IMG/VR virus record: IMGVR_UViG_3300037247_000518
Coordinates: 1-63,331 of that record
Length of the DNA stretch: 63,331 nucleotides
Direction: 5' to 3' (one strand)
Origin: a virus
Taxonomy: Duplodnaviria; Caudoviricetes
In this document: positions 19,955-29,416 of the stretch, in pieces
How positions within the stretch are numbered: the first letter of the stretch is position 1
How the letters are laid out: each line of letters opens with the position of its first letter
Position numbers and translations under genes: made by a program
Notes under the pieces: generated by a model
What the model was told of the DNA's origin: nothing
What the model saw: the letters and a program-made list of their open reading frames with translations, nothing else
The model's database searches: none

Positions 19955-20367
19955 CATCGAACCGAGTGAAGACGATCAAGCGGCTGAGGCGTCTGGCGAA
20001 GACAATGACGCAGGCACAAGCTGCTGAGCGCCTCAATGTCCACCGTCAGTGGGTGCATGTGCTGGCGCACGACTACGGTATCAGGTTCCGGGGCCAGCCA
20101 AAGGCGCGGCCGCTCAGGCGCTGTGATACGTGCGCGTTCAAACTCTGCGATGCTCCCAGATGTCTACGCTGTAAGTGGACGCCCAAGAGGATCAAACGTC
20201 TTCGGGAGCGCTATGGGCTCTCGCAGATCAACATGTCTGTTCATGTCTTAAGGATGAATGTCTTCGCATGTCAGAGATGGGAGACTGGGCGAGCCCTCCC
20301 CGCTCCGAGATCGCTAAGGCTGCTTGAGCGCAGCGAGAAGAAGATCAGGCGCCGTACTACGGCGTGA
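19951..20367 (+). CDS. Double helix-turn-helix regulator with central Zn ribbon
   Basis: MTQAQAAERLNVHRQWV; CDTC..CLRC; IKRLRERYGLSQ...RWETG. Confidence 0.7.
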   Translation: MTSNRVKTIKRLRRLAKTMTQAQAAERLNVHRQWVHVLAHDYGIRFRGQPKARPLRRCDTCAFKLCDAPRCLRCKWTPKRIKRLRERYGLSQINMSVHVLRMNVFACQRWETGRALPAPRSLRLLERSEKKIRRRTTA

Positions 20368-20950
20368 TGCCGTTTGCCTCTAGTGCTTCTCTCCGTCTGA
20401 TGCAGGCTTTACACTTTCCACACGACAACTCGTCTGGGTCATAACAGCTTACGGTCTTTTGCAGCATTTCCGGGTCGCCACCGAGTTCAAGATACTCGTG
20501 TACAGCCCCGGCTTTTGATAGTGCTCTTAAACTCGGCCCAAGCAGAGGCGATGAGACCCTCACCTGGTATCCCGCTGTGTGCGAGAGTAGTGCTGATATG
20601 CCGGTATGGAAGTCCGCGTCATTGTCGGCGTACATATCGTCAGCGACTGAGCACAGCGCTATCTCTGATGCGCCGTAGAGCGCTTGTGCAGCGGCGCAGA
20701 GTAGTACGTTACGCTGTGGTATGTATGCATCATCGTGCTCGATGCGGTCGAGTCTCAGCATGTTGCGTATGATGTAGAGGCCGGCGTGGAGGGCTTCTGG
20801 TTGCGCTATGTGATCCAACTCTTTGTTGCTATACCTGATATTGAGATCGAAGTAGACGGGTGTCCAGTCTGGCGATTGCCGCCGCAAGAGCCAGAGGCCT
20901 ATATACGAGTCGAGTCCTCCTGAGTACAGGATGATTTTTCTAGTGCCCAT
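20357..20950 (-). CDS. queC: 7-cyano-7-deazaguanine synthase
   Basis: LYSGGLDS, YIPQRN, TVSCY...CGKCKACIRR. Confidence 0.9.
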   Translation of the reverse strand: MGTRKIILYSGGLDSYIGLWLLRRQSPDWTPVYFDLNIRYSNKELDHIAQPEALHAGLYIIRNMLRLDRIEHDDAYIPQRNVLLCAAAQALYGASEIALCSVADDMYADNDADFHTGISALLSHTAGYQVRVSSPLLGPSLRALSKAGAVHEYLELGGDPEMLQKTVSCYDPDELSCGKCKACIRRREALEANGITP

Positions 20951-21095
20951 CGCATAAGCTCCACGGCCAATCTTTCTCAACCACGTCGCGCATTGCCTTG
21001 CCGCACAGTCCACAGTTCGCATAGGTAGTGAGATTCGCCAATATGTCTGCTAAGTCATAGAGGCCAAACCAACGCTTCACGAGTCGTCTGATCAT
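20940..21095 (-). CDS. Small Zn-binding protein (51 aa, not in ORF track)
   Basis: GGAGGAG RBS; MIRRLVKRWF...CGLC...CDGH. Confidence 0.5.
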   Translation of the reverse strand: MIRRLVKRWFGLYDLADILANLTTYANCGLCGKAMRDVVEKDWPWSLCDGH

Positions 21096-21265
21096 GTCTC
21101 CTCCTCCGCTGTGAATTCGATACTGCCTCTGGTTAAGCTGTGCTCCTCCATGTCGTGATCTCCTTCTCCGCTCTCTACTCGTGCGATAGCATCCTGCTCG
21201 TCTTCTGCTTCGACCAGGATGTATTCGACTGTAGTGTGATGGACTGCTACTCGGTACTTAGGCAT
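21092..21265 (-). CDS. Small DpnD/PcfM-like protein (57 aa, not in ORF track)
   Basis: MPKYRVAV...VEAEDEQDAI; GAAGGAG RBS. Confidence 0.55.
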   Translation of the reverse strand: MPKYRVAVHHTTVEYILVEAEDEQDAIARVESGEGDHDMEEHSLTRGSIEFTAEEET

Positions 21266-21284
21266 GTCATTGACTCCTTCAAAT

Positions 21285-21323
21285 GAAAGACCGCCGACCC
21301 AGTGTGAGCTAGGTCGGCGGTCT
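21285..21323 (-). terminator. Intrinsic terminator
   Basis: 12-bp stem AGACCGCCGACC/GGTCGGCGGTCT followed by a short T-rich run on the minus strand. Confidence 0.7.
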
Positions 21324-21338
21324 AAGGGGAACGCGCTC

Positions 21339-22178
21339 CTACTTCTTGGAGCGCTTCTTCTTCGCGGCGCCCTTCTTCGCCTTCTTCGTCGTCTTCGTCG
21401 TCTTCTTCTTGCCGGTTGTCACCTGCCAGAGCGTGCTGGACTCGCCGCGTTCGACTTCCTCGCCTTCGCGGTTGGTCAGTACGCGCTTCACAGTCCGCCG
21501 TGTGGGGAACATGGCCTCGCCGGACTTCGTCCTGGTGAGCTTGTGGTAAAGCTCGTTGATCGTGGCCCCGCTCTTGAACGTGCCGAGCGCGTTTACCAAT
21601 GCCGGAACGCGGTCTTCTACGGGGACCGGCGTGTTCCTGTCGCTGCGTCGCTTCGCTGTCTTCTTTGTCTTTGGCTTCGCCTTACTCTTTGCCTTTGGCT
21701 TTGTTTTACTCTTTGACTTTGCAGCGCGCCGCTTGCGGGGGGGAGTGGGCTCTTCGTCTTCTTCATCTTCATCTTCCTCTTCTTCGTCTTCTTCTTCTTC
21801 TTCGTCCTCTTCTTCTTCGTCCTCCCCCTCTTCCTCCCCCTCTTCCTCTTCTTCGTCTTCGTCGTCTAGTTCGCTGTCGTCTAACTCCTCTTCCTCTTTC
21901 TTCTGAACCTTCTTCTTTGGTGCCATCTTGGTTCGTCCTCCTGTTGTCTTAATGCCTGCTTCTTTTGCAATCTCTGCGAGTTCTCCTGCAAGTTCGGCAG
22001 CCCCGTCTATGTACTCATCGACGCCAACGAGGAAGTCAGCAATCTCCCGCATCGAGTACGGATTCTCGTCGTGTAACTCCCCTCCTTCCAGAATGTATCC
22101 GAGGTGTTTCCGGCTCGGGCTTGGTAAGTCATTTAGGCCTTTCAGGACCTCCGCGAAAGCGTCTAGCGTCAGTGCCAA
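21339..22178 (-). CDS. Acidic/basic histone-H1-like winged-helix protein with a second in-frame start at 21926
   Basis: Poly-D/E tract, Lys-rich tails flanking a wHTH-like core; GGAGG RBS before both starts. Confidence 0.6.
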   Translation of the reverse strand: MALTLDAFAEVLKGLNDLPSPSRKHLGYILEGGELHDENPYSMREIADFLVGVDEYIDGAAELAGELAEIAKEAGIKTTGGRTKMAPKKKVQKKEEEELDDSELDDEDEEEEEGEEEGEDEEEEDEEEEEDEEEEDEDEEDEEPTPPRKRRAAKSKSKTKPKAKSKAKPKTKKTAKRRSDRNTPVPVEDRVPALVNALGTFKSGATINELYHKLTRTKSGEAMFPTRRTVKRVLTNREGEEVERGESSTLWQVTTGKKKTTKTTKKAKKGAAKKKRSKK

Positions 22179-22205
22179 AAATCCACCTCCACTGGCACCT
22201 GCCTC

Positions 22206-22234
22206 AGTATACTAGATGGCAGGCTCTTTGTCAA
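22206..22234 (-). promoter_or_regulatory. Sigma70-type promoter
   Basis: TTGACA-17 nt-TATACT. Confidence 0.8.
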
Positions 22235-22356
22235 GGGCTCCTGGTTTTCTCACGGCCCAGATACAGCGTGGTCGATAATGCTGTAAACTGGGAATGCGAT
22301 GAGCAGTCCACCTACGACAGCCAGGAAGATGATGGTCATCAGAATCGAGGGCAGTT

Positions 22357-22641
22357 TCACGCTAGACTCCTTTCTAAGTGTTCTGCAAGCTCGTCTGCTA
22401 GCTTCTCATTACTCGTCCTCTCGTCGCCGGATGCAATACTCATCCCTTCATACTCTATCAGCGATCCGGCACCCCGTATCTTCATGCTGTCCAAGAGCGC
22501 TTTATGGGAGCGTTCCGCAGTCTTAGGGTGCCGGATGCTTAGCGCGATGCCAATGAGGATACCTCCGGCCACGCGCGAGATGTCAGTCGGATCGAATTGT
22601 TCCTCAAGCCAGTCTATGAGATCGTCAGTGAAGTCGGCCAT
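22357..22641 (-). CDS. Hypothetical protein
   Basis: Packed minus-strand ORF. Confidence 0.5.
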   Translation of the reverse strand: MADFTDDLIDWLEEQFDPTDISRVAGGILIGIALSIRHPKTAERSHKALLDSMKIRGAGSLIEYEGMSIASGDERTSNEKLADELAEHLERSLA

Positions 22642-23175
22642 TCACTCTTGCCCCCCTTTCTGCATGAAGCGAAATGCTACCGTCTTTCGCACTCGCTCGG
22701 GGTCGATACTAGGCTGTTCATGCCGTTCTCGTCTCACCTCGTTCTTGACTGTATGGGCGCATGATGTTGAGCAGACACGTAGCCTTTTGCCTCTCCAGAC
22801 GGCGAGACCTATCTTGAACTTACAGGGCTGCGCACCGTTCTGGCAGACGGGGCACGGTCTGAGCGGCAGCGCCTCGGCAATGCGTCGCCGCCGTGCGGTA
22901 GCACGATTTAGAGGACGCGCGTACTTCTTGTAGAACTCCTTCCATCTCCGCGCATTTGCCTGCTTCGAGCTTGAGGATTTCCGCACGCGAAATGTGCGGC
23001 GCGGATCGATCACTGAAAAGTATTCCTTGCTGTGGAAGATGCGTCGAGCACGGACGAGCCGCTGCTTCCTCAGCGTGGCCTCGGTAGAGATTATCACCCA
23101 AGCTCGACCACGCTTGTCTATGACAGTATCGCCCTCCCCAACTGTCTTGCCTCTTGCGTCCTTGTTGGTGATCAC
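22642..23175 (-). CDS. Basic protein with Zn finger
   Basis: CPVC...CSTSC. Confidence 0.5.
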   Translation of the reverse strand: MITNKDARGKTVGEGDTVIDKRGRAWVIISTEATLRKQRLVRARRIFHSKEYFSVIDPRRTFRVRKSSSSKQANARRWKEFYKKYARPLNRATARRRRIAEALPLRPCPVCQNGAQPCKFKIGLAVWRGKRLRVCSTSCAHTVKNEVRRERHEQPSIDPERVRKTVAFRFMQKGGQE

Positions 23176-23453
23176 CCCTTGGTACTCCTCTTAATAAGGA
23201 ACACAACTAGCGCGAAAGACCAGAACCAGTGAGGAAAGAAGTTGAGAATGTCGTAGACCTCCTGCTCAAGCATCACGCAGAGCCTCCTCTCTGACTCTCG
23301 AATAGCCGATGATCCATGCCACATGCCACTGCTAGCGTGGCTGTGGTACGCTCTGAGCGCCACGTACGCGGTCGTTCCGGCGGTGTGCGTGAACCACACC
23401 GGCGCGGCGCGTGTGGTGGCGTACAGCGACGGTATGCGCTGCTAGCAGCCATG

Positions 23454-23654
23454 CTACTCTGAACGCTTGCGGCGACTAGCGCTTTCTACGTCTTGACCGA
23501 TCAGCAGCCGACCAAGGATCCTATGGCCGATGATGGGGAAGTGCTCTTTCCAGACCTCGCGTAGCTGCTCGACTGTCTTCGCCTTGTTGAGCGCACTGTG
23601 CGCCTTTGAGATTGCGGCTTCGCGGTCGTCTTGTGTCTCTGTTGCCTTTGCCAT
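23454..23654 (-). CDS. Hypothetical protein
   Basis: AGGAG RBS, ATG start. Confidence 0.55.
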   Translation of the reverse strand: MAKATETQDDREAAISKAHSALNKAKTVEQLREVWKEHFPIIGHRILGRLLIGQDVESASRRKRSE

Positions 23655-23713
23655 GTGGTTTCTCCTATTGTTTGTACTCTACCCGAGTGCTACTTTCTTC
23701 GCCGCGATGAGGC

Positions 23714-24073
23714 TCACGGTTTCACCTCCACTGGTATACCCGCAGCGATGGCGCGTTGTACCATGTCTTTCGTTCCCCTGCTCTCTGCGAGATTCAGAGT
23801 GAACGCGACGACGAGATCGGGTTTCTCTTTCGCTAGCATCGTGGCGTTCCTGATTGGCCCAGCACGTCTACCAAACTCCTTCCAGTTTGCTGGGTACTCT
23901 CGTACTTCCAGACCTCTACTCTCTGCTGTGATGCCTGCGAGCGTGTCGGCGCCCCTCGCTCCTCCATGAATGATGATGGTATGCCTCGGCAGCGAGTAGA
24001 TGTATTCCTCTATGGTATCTATCATAAGTCCGGGGTCCTCCCAGTTTCGGCTGCCGCAGATGAGGACCTTCAC
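23714..24073 (-). CDS. SLOG-superfamily (DUF2493/YspA-like) protein
   Basis: LICGSR, IIHGGARGAD, AGPIRN..ML, SRGT. Confidence 0.85.
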   Translation of the reverse strand: MKVLICGSRNWEDPGLMIDTIEEYIYSLPRHTIIIHGGARGADTLAGITAESRGLEVREYPANWKEFGRRAGPIRNATMLAKEKPDLVVAFTLNLAESRGTKDMVQRAIAAGIPVEVKP

Positions 24074-24870
24074 GAAGTGTCTCCCTTAGCAGCTTCGATA
24101 GCCGCGCGGTGCGCCTCATCTCCGAGTGGGCTATCCGTCTGGCGGAGCGCCTCACACCGCACGCAGTCGAGATCACACACTGGATCGAAGATGCAACTTC
24201 GCTGGTGATCGTGTTGGCATTCAATCGTCTCCAGCGCCCTCGTCAGTGTCTCTACCTTGGCCTTATAGCCTTCGTCGTACCCATCGTAGAATGCCTTTTG
24301 AACATCAGTTAGGGAATCGTATCCCTCATCGACCGTCGCCTCCGTTTGGACGTGGCTCATGCATGGCGGCTCCTCCTCGGTGTCGATACTCTCCTTCCGA
24401 AGGAGTCTTGCGATGCGACACCACCAACAGTGACAATCACACCAAGGGTTATTGACGTGCATCCAGCACCTCGCCTGCGTACAGCAATGAGGCCACGCGC
24501 TAGGCTTCTCAGTCCACTCGGTTCGGAACAACCCTGATAGCCTGAACAAGACGTTGTACTCTCGGGTGCCGTGATGGAATGCTTCGCAGGTGCAGTGCGG
24601 TGCTTGTACGCTGTCACCTGTGTAGACGTGATGGACGATCTCAGGACGAGAGTCGCTCCTCACATCGATATACTGGCCTGGCTCAGTGATGGCCTTCTTC
24701 GCCCATCCTGGCTGGCTCGGTTCGGCGACCACGGCAAGATGGTTCTCGCAGAGCCCTCCCTTTGTTTTTGTGGTCCCTCGACAGCGCTTGTGGTCATGTC
24801 CTATAGCGGGTGCTATGCAGCGATATTCTTTGGACTTCTTCTTGAGTGCCTTCTTCGTCGTCATGTCCAT
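24070..24870 (-). CDS. SWIM-like zinc-finger protein
   Basis: CTCEAF motif and multiple Cys/His clusters. Confidence 0.5.
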   Translation of the reverse strand: MDMTTKKALKKKSKEYRCIAPAIGHDHKRCRGTTKTKGGLCENHLAVVAEPSQPGWAKKAITEPGQYIDVRSDSRPEIVHHVYTGDSVQAPHCTCEAFHHGTREYNVLFRLSGLFRTEWTEKPSAWPHCCTQARCWMHVNNPWCDCHCWWCRIARLLRKESIDTEEEPPCMSHVQTEATVDEGYDSLTDVQKAFYDGYDEGYKAKVETLTRALETIECQHDHQRSCIFDPVCDLDCVRCEALRQTDSPLGDEAHRAAIEAAKGDTS

Positions 24871-25106
24871 GCCCCCTCCCGAACTTCCTGTATGGCTACA
24901 TCTACATAGTCTGCTGATCGTTGGAAACCTAATTTACGGAAGAGCGAGGAGAATGCCCGCACATTCACGACCTCTTTACCTTCGTTAAGTAGTTCGTAGA
25001 TGAAGTCGAGAGAGTCGTGAGAGAAGTCTTCGTCGCTGAATTCTGGGATAAGGAGGAGTATGAGTGCTTCCATTTCTGGTTTAGTGATTGTTAGTGTCTT
25101 CGTCAT
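24861..25106 (-). CDS. Hypothetical protein
   Basis: AGGAG RBS; overlap with neighbour. Confidence 0.5.
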   Translation of the reverse strand: MTKTLTITKPEMEALILLLIPEFSDEDFSHDSLDFIYELLNEGKEVVNVRAFSSLFRKLGFQRSADYVDVAIQEVREGAWT

Positions 25107-25118
25107 TCCCTTCTCCTT

Positions 25119-25727
25119 TCAGTCTGGCAGGAATACCGCACTCTGCGGTATCGCCCACTTGCGCATCAGCTTGACGGCTCCTGGTAGACGCCCCATCCGA
25201 CAGAGTGCGCGTGTCCAGCTTAGGGAGAAGCCAAGCGCGGCGGCTGCTTCCTTCACAGTCAAGTATGGGTCGTCTGGCTTTGGCTTTGGCTGCTCTCCAA
25301 GCAGCATCGATAGGAATTCGTCCAGGGTCATCTTCTTGATCTCTATGTCCAACCGGCCACTGATGAGCTTCCCTAAGACTTCCCGCGTTTCTTCCGCCGT
25401 CATTTCGCGGACATTGCCCTGCTTGAGCAGCTCCTCCAACTTCGCCATGTCTTCCGGGCTATCCAGGTCTAACTCAACGACGACGAGAGTGACCTCGCCG
25501 TCGTCAAGCATCTCGAATCGAATCTTCTCGCTCTGGTCGCCGCATGTCCCCTTGCACTCCCCGATATGTTCAAACTCGAGGATGTCAAACGAGCATCCAC
25601 CCGGACGTGCCATACCTTCCGCCGCTGGTGATGGGGGTAGTTTCTGCTTATTGTCTGGGTCTGGCTTTAGTGGACAGTCTGATGCATGCCCCTGTGTTGC
25701 CTGATTGCCACAACATCGGAACTTCAC
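25119..25727 (-). CDS. Protein with C-terminal excisionase-like HTH_17 domain
   Basis: YLTVKEAAAALGFS...GRLPGAVK..KWAIP. Confidence 0.7.
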   Translation of the reverse strand: MKFRCCGNQATQGHASDCPLKPDPDNKQKLPPSPAAEGMARPGGCSFDILEFEHIGECKGTCGDQSEKIRFEMLDDGEVTLVVVELDLDSPEDMAKLEELLKQGNVREMTAEETREVLGKLISGRLDIEIKKMTLDEFLSMLLGEQPKPKPDDPYLTVKEAAAALGFSLSWTRALCRMGRLPGAVKLMRKWAIPQSAVFLPD

Positions 25728-25875
25728 GGCTCAGCCTCCTTTCGGGTCGGGCTTTTAGTTTCGTTTCGGATGACTGCTATTCCCCACTGGCGCAGCATAC
25801 CACGAGGAAATGTGAGCAGGGGCCACACTCGAAACTTGATCCCCTTTGTGCTCACGCTTTCCACAACTATACTTC

Positions 25876-26814
25876 TCATAGTTCGGCCTCCTTCTTAGTA
25901 TGAATCCCTTGCTCCGATAGCTCCGAGACGATGTACCTCAAAGCAGCGTTCTCACCCATCTTCCGTGTCGTGAACAGTCCGGGTACATAGATGTCGAATT
26001 CTTCGAGAGCTTTTCCAGTTATGTCCAGCGGATAACCGTACTCGCCTCCAGCGAATACCCCTAGCCACCTTCGCATTGATCCCTTCGCGTGTTCCCATGA
26101 ACCGAATGCAAGCCGTCTGTGTGCGCTGGGATGCGCCAGCACATAGACTAAGTTCGCCAACTGTAGTGGGTCACCGAATTCTTTGAGACGCACTCGGGTC
26201 TCGATTCCGAACGTATCACCGTAGGAGAATAAATCGAATGCTGTGGAAATGGCGTCCACCTGCACCCGCTTCCCGTGCTTCTCAAGCGCATCGATGAGTG
26301 CGACGACTGCCGCTCCTCTTGTGATCATCGTTTTCTGTGGCACACCTTGAGACGCTGCGAAGTTGACACCCATCTTGAGCAGCATGGGCTCTCTCTCGAT
26401 CTCTGCGGGAACGAGCGTCATGAACTGCTCGGGTTCATCGTTGACGAACCTGCCGATGTCGAGTTGGTCGCCTACCACATCGTAATGGACTTCGGGGATA
26501 TGAAGCAGGCCGATCAGCTCCTCAGAAAGCTCGGCGCTGTATTTCTGTATCTCGTTGATACCTTCATCCCATCCATTTCTGGCGAGCTTGATGGCGTCCT
26601 CGAACGTGTCAGTGCCAGACCACTCCTTCCATGATTCGCCTCTCCCGCGCATGCCGCTCATCTGACTGGTACGTTCTTCGTCCTTCATGTCTATAGGGGT
26701 TTCCAGGAAACTAATCCAGTCCCACATACCGTCGAAGGCTTGTACTATTCCTTCACCGGATGGCTTCTCTGCGGGCGGCGCGATGGAGTGTACCTTGCTG
26801 TTACTACAAGACAT
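25876..26814 (-). CDS. vWA-like partner of the AAA+ ATPase
   Basis: NFAASQG degenerate MIDAS-like segment, GAAVVALIDALE; coupled to upstream AAA+. Confidence 0.55.
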   Translation of the reverse strand: MSCSNSKVHSIAPPAEKPSGEGIVQAFDGMWDWISFLETPIDMKDEERTSQMSGMRGRGESWKEWSGTDTFEDAIKLARNGWDEGINEIQKYSAELSEELIGLLHIPEVHYDVVGDQLDIGRFVNDEPEQFMTLVPAEIEREPMLLKMGVNFAASQGVPQKTMITRGAAVVALIDALEKHGKRVQVDAISTAFDLFSYGDTFGIETRVRLKEFGDPLQLANLVYVLAHPSAHRRLAFGSWEHAKGSMRRWLGVFAGGEYGYPLDITGKALEEFDIYVPGLFTTRKMGENAALRYIVSELSEQGIHTKKEAEL

Positions 26815-28162
26815 GGCTTGGCTCCCTCTTGTTGAGGCCCGCCAGAATCTTCTCCTTATCGTCTTTCGAGATCGGCTGCCAGATGACAGCCTGCTCGACC
26901 TCCTCGCGGTCGATCTTCTCGTCGAGCATGCGCGCACCAATCAACGCAGTCCTCATCCCGATGATCGCCCTGATCTTCTGTCTGGCTATGCTTTCGCACA
27001 AGGATTGCACGTAGGCAGTCCATTCCTTGTGCCGCTCACCGCAGATAGAATGCGCCAAGCTCCAGTCTGTGTTCCACTCTAAATAGACCCAGCGGTTGAG
27101 TGTTGCTGCGTCTAGCTGAGCCCGGCCAACGTACAGCATATCAGCACCTCTTCCAAACGTATTCATGGCGGCGACGAAGACGCTATCAGGATGCTTCTTC
27201 ACCATTCCATCAGGAAAGCCAATTGCTTCTCCTGGCTTTGCGTCTACTAGCGCATTGACGATGGTGAGGATTGCTGGGTTTGCTGCGTCCATTTCGTCTA
27301 GCTCGATGAGCCCCCCGCTCTCGCACCCCATGCGAACCAGCGACGGCACGTACTTCCCCGACCCACTCATGTAGCCAACGAGGTCGCTCTTGCTCGTCTG
27401 TGGCCCCAGCGGTTGATGATAGAAGTCCAGTCCTAGTGCTTTAGCTGCATTCCTTCCGGCGACCGTCTTGCCGCTGCCTGCGTCGCCTACCATTGCGGTA
27501 TTGATGCCTGCTGCGATCAGCTTGAGCAGCCTCGGGAAGTTTACGTGCTGTTGCGCCTTGAGCTTCCTGGTCTTCTTCTGGCCGCCCGGTAATGTTCTAG
27601 TGACCTCGATCTCGACGCGGCGGGCGTTGTCAATGCGGGCAATGGCTTTCTTGGTTTCCTCTTGCGCGGCTTCCGAAGCCTTCCGCGCGATGGTGGCCTT
27701 CTGTTCTGCTGCTGTGACCTGCCCGCGCATCTCATCCATCTGATCTTTGAACCGCTGGAAGTCCTCCTTCGAGGCTTTCGTCGGTCGTTCTGGTAGTGCG
27801 ATGTCGATGTCCTCGATGCGAGGCTTCATCGCCACTAACTTGCCGTCGCACGTTCCTGCGCCTCGGTGGCGTACCATCTTGATTGACGGCGACCACCAGA
27901 CTTCATCGCCTTCGGCGACAGGGTCTTGGCAAAGAGAGCACTTACCTGGAAATTTAGCCCGAATAGCCTGTTCCTTTTGCTCCTTCTCCTCGCCGATCTC
28001 CACCAGGTGCTGCGCGTGAAGCTCTCGGCCTTCTTCTGTGATGTTCTTGTGCGAACGCTTGACCGGGTGCCAGGTGTCGTGGTAGGAGCCATCGACGTAT
28101 CTGCTTTGCTTATGGATGTGCAGGTTACCGTCGCGTGTTGGTGTGTAGGGCACTCTCACCAT
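26804..28162 (-). CDS. CobS/CbbQ/MoxR-like AAA+ ATPase
   Basis: GDAGSGKT, LDEMDAA, AAMNTFG, YVGRAQLDAATLNRW. Confidence 0.88.
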   Translation of the reverse strand: MVRVPYTPTRDGNLHIHKQSRYVDGSYHDTWHPVKRSHKNITEEGRELHAQHLVEIGEEKEQKEQAIRAKFPGKCSLCQDPVAEGDEVWWSPSIKMVRHRGAGTCDGKLVAMKPRIEDIDIALPERPTKASKEDFQRFKDQMDEMRGQVTAAEQKATIARKASEAAQEETKKAIARIDNARRVEIEVTRTLPGGQKKTRKLKAQQHVNFPRLLKLIAAGINTAMVGDAGSGKTVAGRNAAKALGLDFYHQPLGPQTSKSDLVGYMSGSGKYVPSLVRMGCESGGLIELDEMDAANPAILTIVNALVDAKPGEAIGFPDGMVKKHPDSVFVAAMNTFGRGADMLYVGRAQLDAATLNRWVYLEWNTDWSLAHSICGERHKEWTAYVQSLCESIARQKIRAIIGMRTALIGARMLDEKIDREEVEQAVIWQPISKDDKEKILAGLNKREPSHVL

Positions 28163-28361
28163 GCTGTTCCTCCATTGGGATGTCTATGCCGCAGGTTCTG
28201 TAGAACTGCGCCCTTCTGAATAGTGGGTTATCTCTCTCGAATACATCGGCGAGAGTGCCTACAACTGATGCTCGGGATGGGGTGCTCTCATTGAACAAGT
28301 CGTACAGCATCCTGATCGCCGTTGCGATCTCGATGTAGGCTGCTTTGCTGTACCTAGCCAT
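28125..28361 (-). CDS. Hypothetical protein
   Basis: GGAGGTG RBS; FERDNPLF..AQF...C pattern. Confidence 0.55.
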   Translation of the reverse strand: MARYSKAAYIEIATAIRMLYDLFNESTPSRASVVGTLADVFERDNPLFRRAQFYRTCGIDIPMEEQHGESALHTNTRR

Positions 28362-28698
28362 TGGTTATCACCTCCTTGCTCTCCTCTACGATCTCCTCTG
28401 GCGATGCGACCAGACGTCCTAGCGCTTGCATCTTAGCACAAGCTATGTGCAGGTGCTCGAGGCACGAGGCACCGGCTGCGGCTGCTGGGCCATAATTGAT
28501 GGCGAAGACGGCGACACCCTGTTCGTCGCATCCGTCCTCTGCGCAGACAAGTCCGAATGCGCCGATGGCTTCGAGGCCGTCGATGGCTTGGGCTAGGACT
28601 TTGCTTCGCTTGCTATCTTTACCGGTGGGCATAAACGCTCCTCCTTTCTTCTCATTCGTCCACCGTTTCCCCCTTCTCCAACCGTAGTCTCCGCTCAT
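28354..28698 (-). CDS. Hypothetical protein
   Basis: AGGAGGTG RBS. Confidence 0.5.
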   Translation of the reverse strand: MSGDYGWRRGKRWTNEKKGGAFMPTGKDSKRSKVLAQAIDGLEAIGAFGLVCAEDGCDEQGVAVFAINYGPAAAAGASCLEHLHIACAKMQALGRLVASPEEIVEESKEVITNG

Positions 28699-28702
28699 CG
28701 GC

Positions 28703-28891
28703 TCACCTCCTACTCTCTCTTAGCTCACGTTTCAGGTCATCTGGAATCTGAGGGTTCGAGCCGTCAGTACCAGGACACCAAAGCCTAGCGTCGCCCTTGT
28801 TCCAGTCGTGACTGCCGTGAACATCCCATGGCTTACCGCACGTACTCCGGGTCCTTCCGCGCTCTAGGTGATTGTCGGCGCTGCTCATCAT
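28703..28891 (-). CDS. Small Cys/His protein
   Basis: C...H..HDW...WCPG. Confidence 0.5.
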   Translation of the reverse strand: MMSSADNHLERGRTRSTCGKPWDVHGSHDWNKGDARLWCPGTDGSNPQIPDDLKRELRESRR

Positions 28892-29076
28892 GTCTCCACC
28901 TCCTCCACGTCTAGCTGAATCGAGTCGGGATGACGGTCACAGTGAAACACATGTAGCCGAAAGTCGTATAGGAACCTCTCGGCTAGTTCCGTCAGTTCGG
29001 TTGCTAGCTCGTCGATGGGCTTATCGGATACCACATAGACATCCGACAAGTTGAGTGTTACCTTAAAGCGCTGCAT
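28888..29076 (-). CDS. Hypothetical protein
   Basis: AGGAGGTG RBS before ATG at 29076. Confidence 0.55.
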   Translation of the reverse strand: MQRFKVTLNLSDVYVVSDKPIDELATELTELAERFLYDFRLHVFHCDRHPDSIQLDVEEVET

Positions 29077-29086
29077 TTGACACCTC

Positions 29087-29380
29087 CTAGCTGGAGTACC
29101 CGGCAAGCTCATGTGCCAGGGCCTTCGCCATCAGTACCCATGTGCGTGGCCGCTGGTGGCCGGTGGTCACGTCAGGCGATGTGAACTCGATGAACTCCTC
29201 CCGTGAGTAGCACAGCGCCGCTGCCTCGAATGCGCCGTTATCAACGACGCAGATAAGCGCCTGGCCTTCTGGCACGTCCTCGAACGCCTCTGGACGCATT
29301 GGCAGAATGGTCGCACCGTGCAGGCCAACCAACTGCTGCGCCTTCCCCTCGTTCTCCGGTACCTGGATGTAGTATCCCAT
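29087..29380 (-). CDS. Hypothetical protein
   Basis: GGAGGTG RBS; ICVVDNGAFEAA. Confidence 0.6.
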   Translation of the reverse strand: MGYYIQVPENEGKAQQLVGLHGATILPMRPEAFEDVPEGQALICVVDNGAFEAAALCYSREEFIEFTSPDVTTGHQRPRTWVLMAKALAHELAGYSS

Positions 29381-29416
29381 AGGACACCTCCGTCCCTACT
29401 ACTCGCCACTGAGTCT

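Noticed and set aside
16344-20950. que genes as a host-type queuosine tRNA pathway
   Set aside because: No queF or queA, phage context and a DpdA-like gene favour DNA modification, although a tRNA role is not formally excluded
21264-22933. Several plus-strand ORFs, including a 322-aa one
   Set aside because: Antisense to minus-strand genes that have their own RBS, promoter and terminator; low-complexity artefacts
25119-25727. Excisionase-like HTH as proof of a temperate lifestyle
   Set aside because: No integrase, att site or clear CI repressor seen; HTH_17 domains are generic
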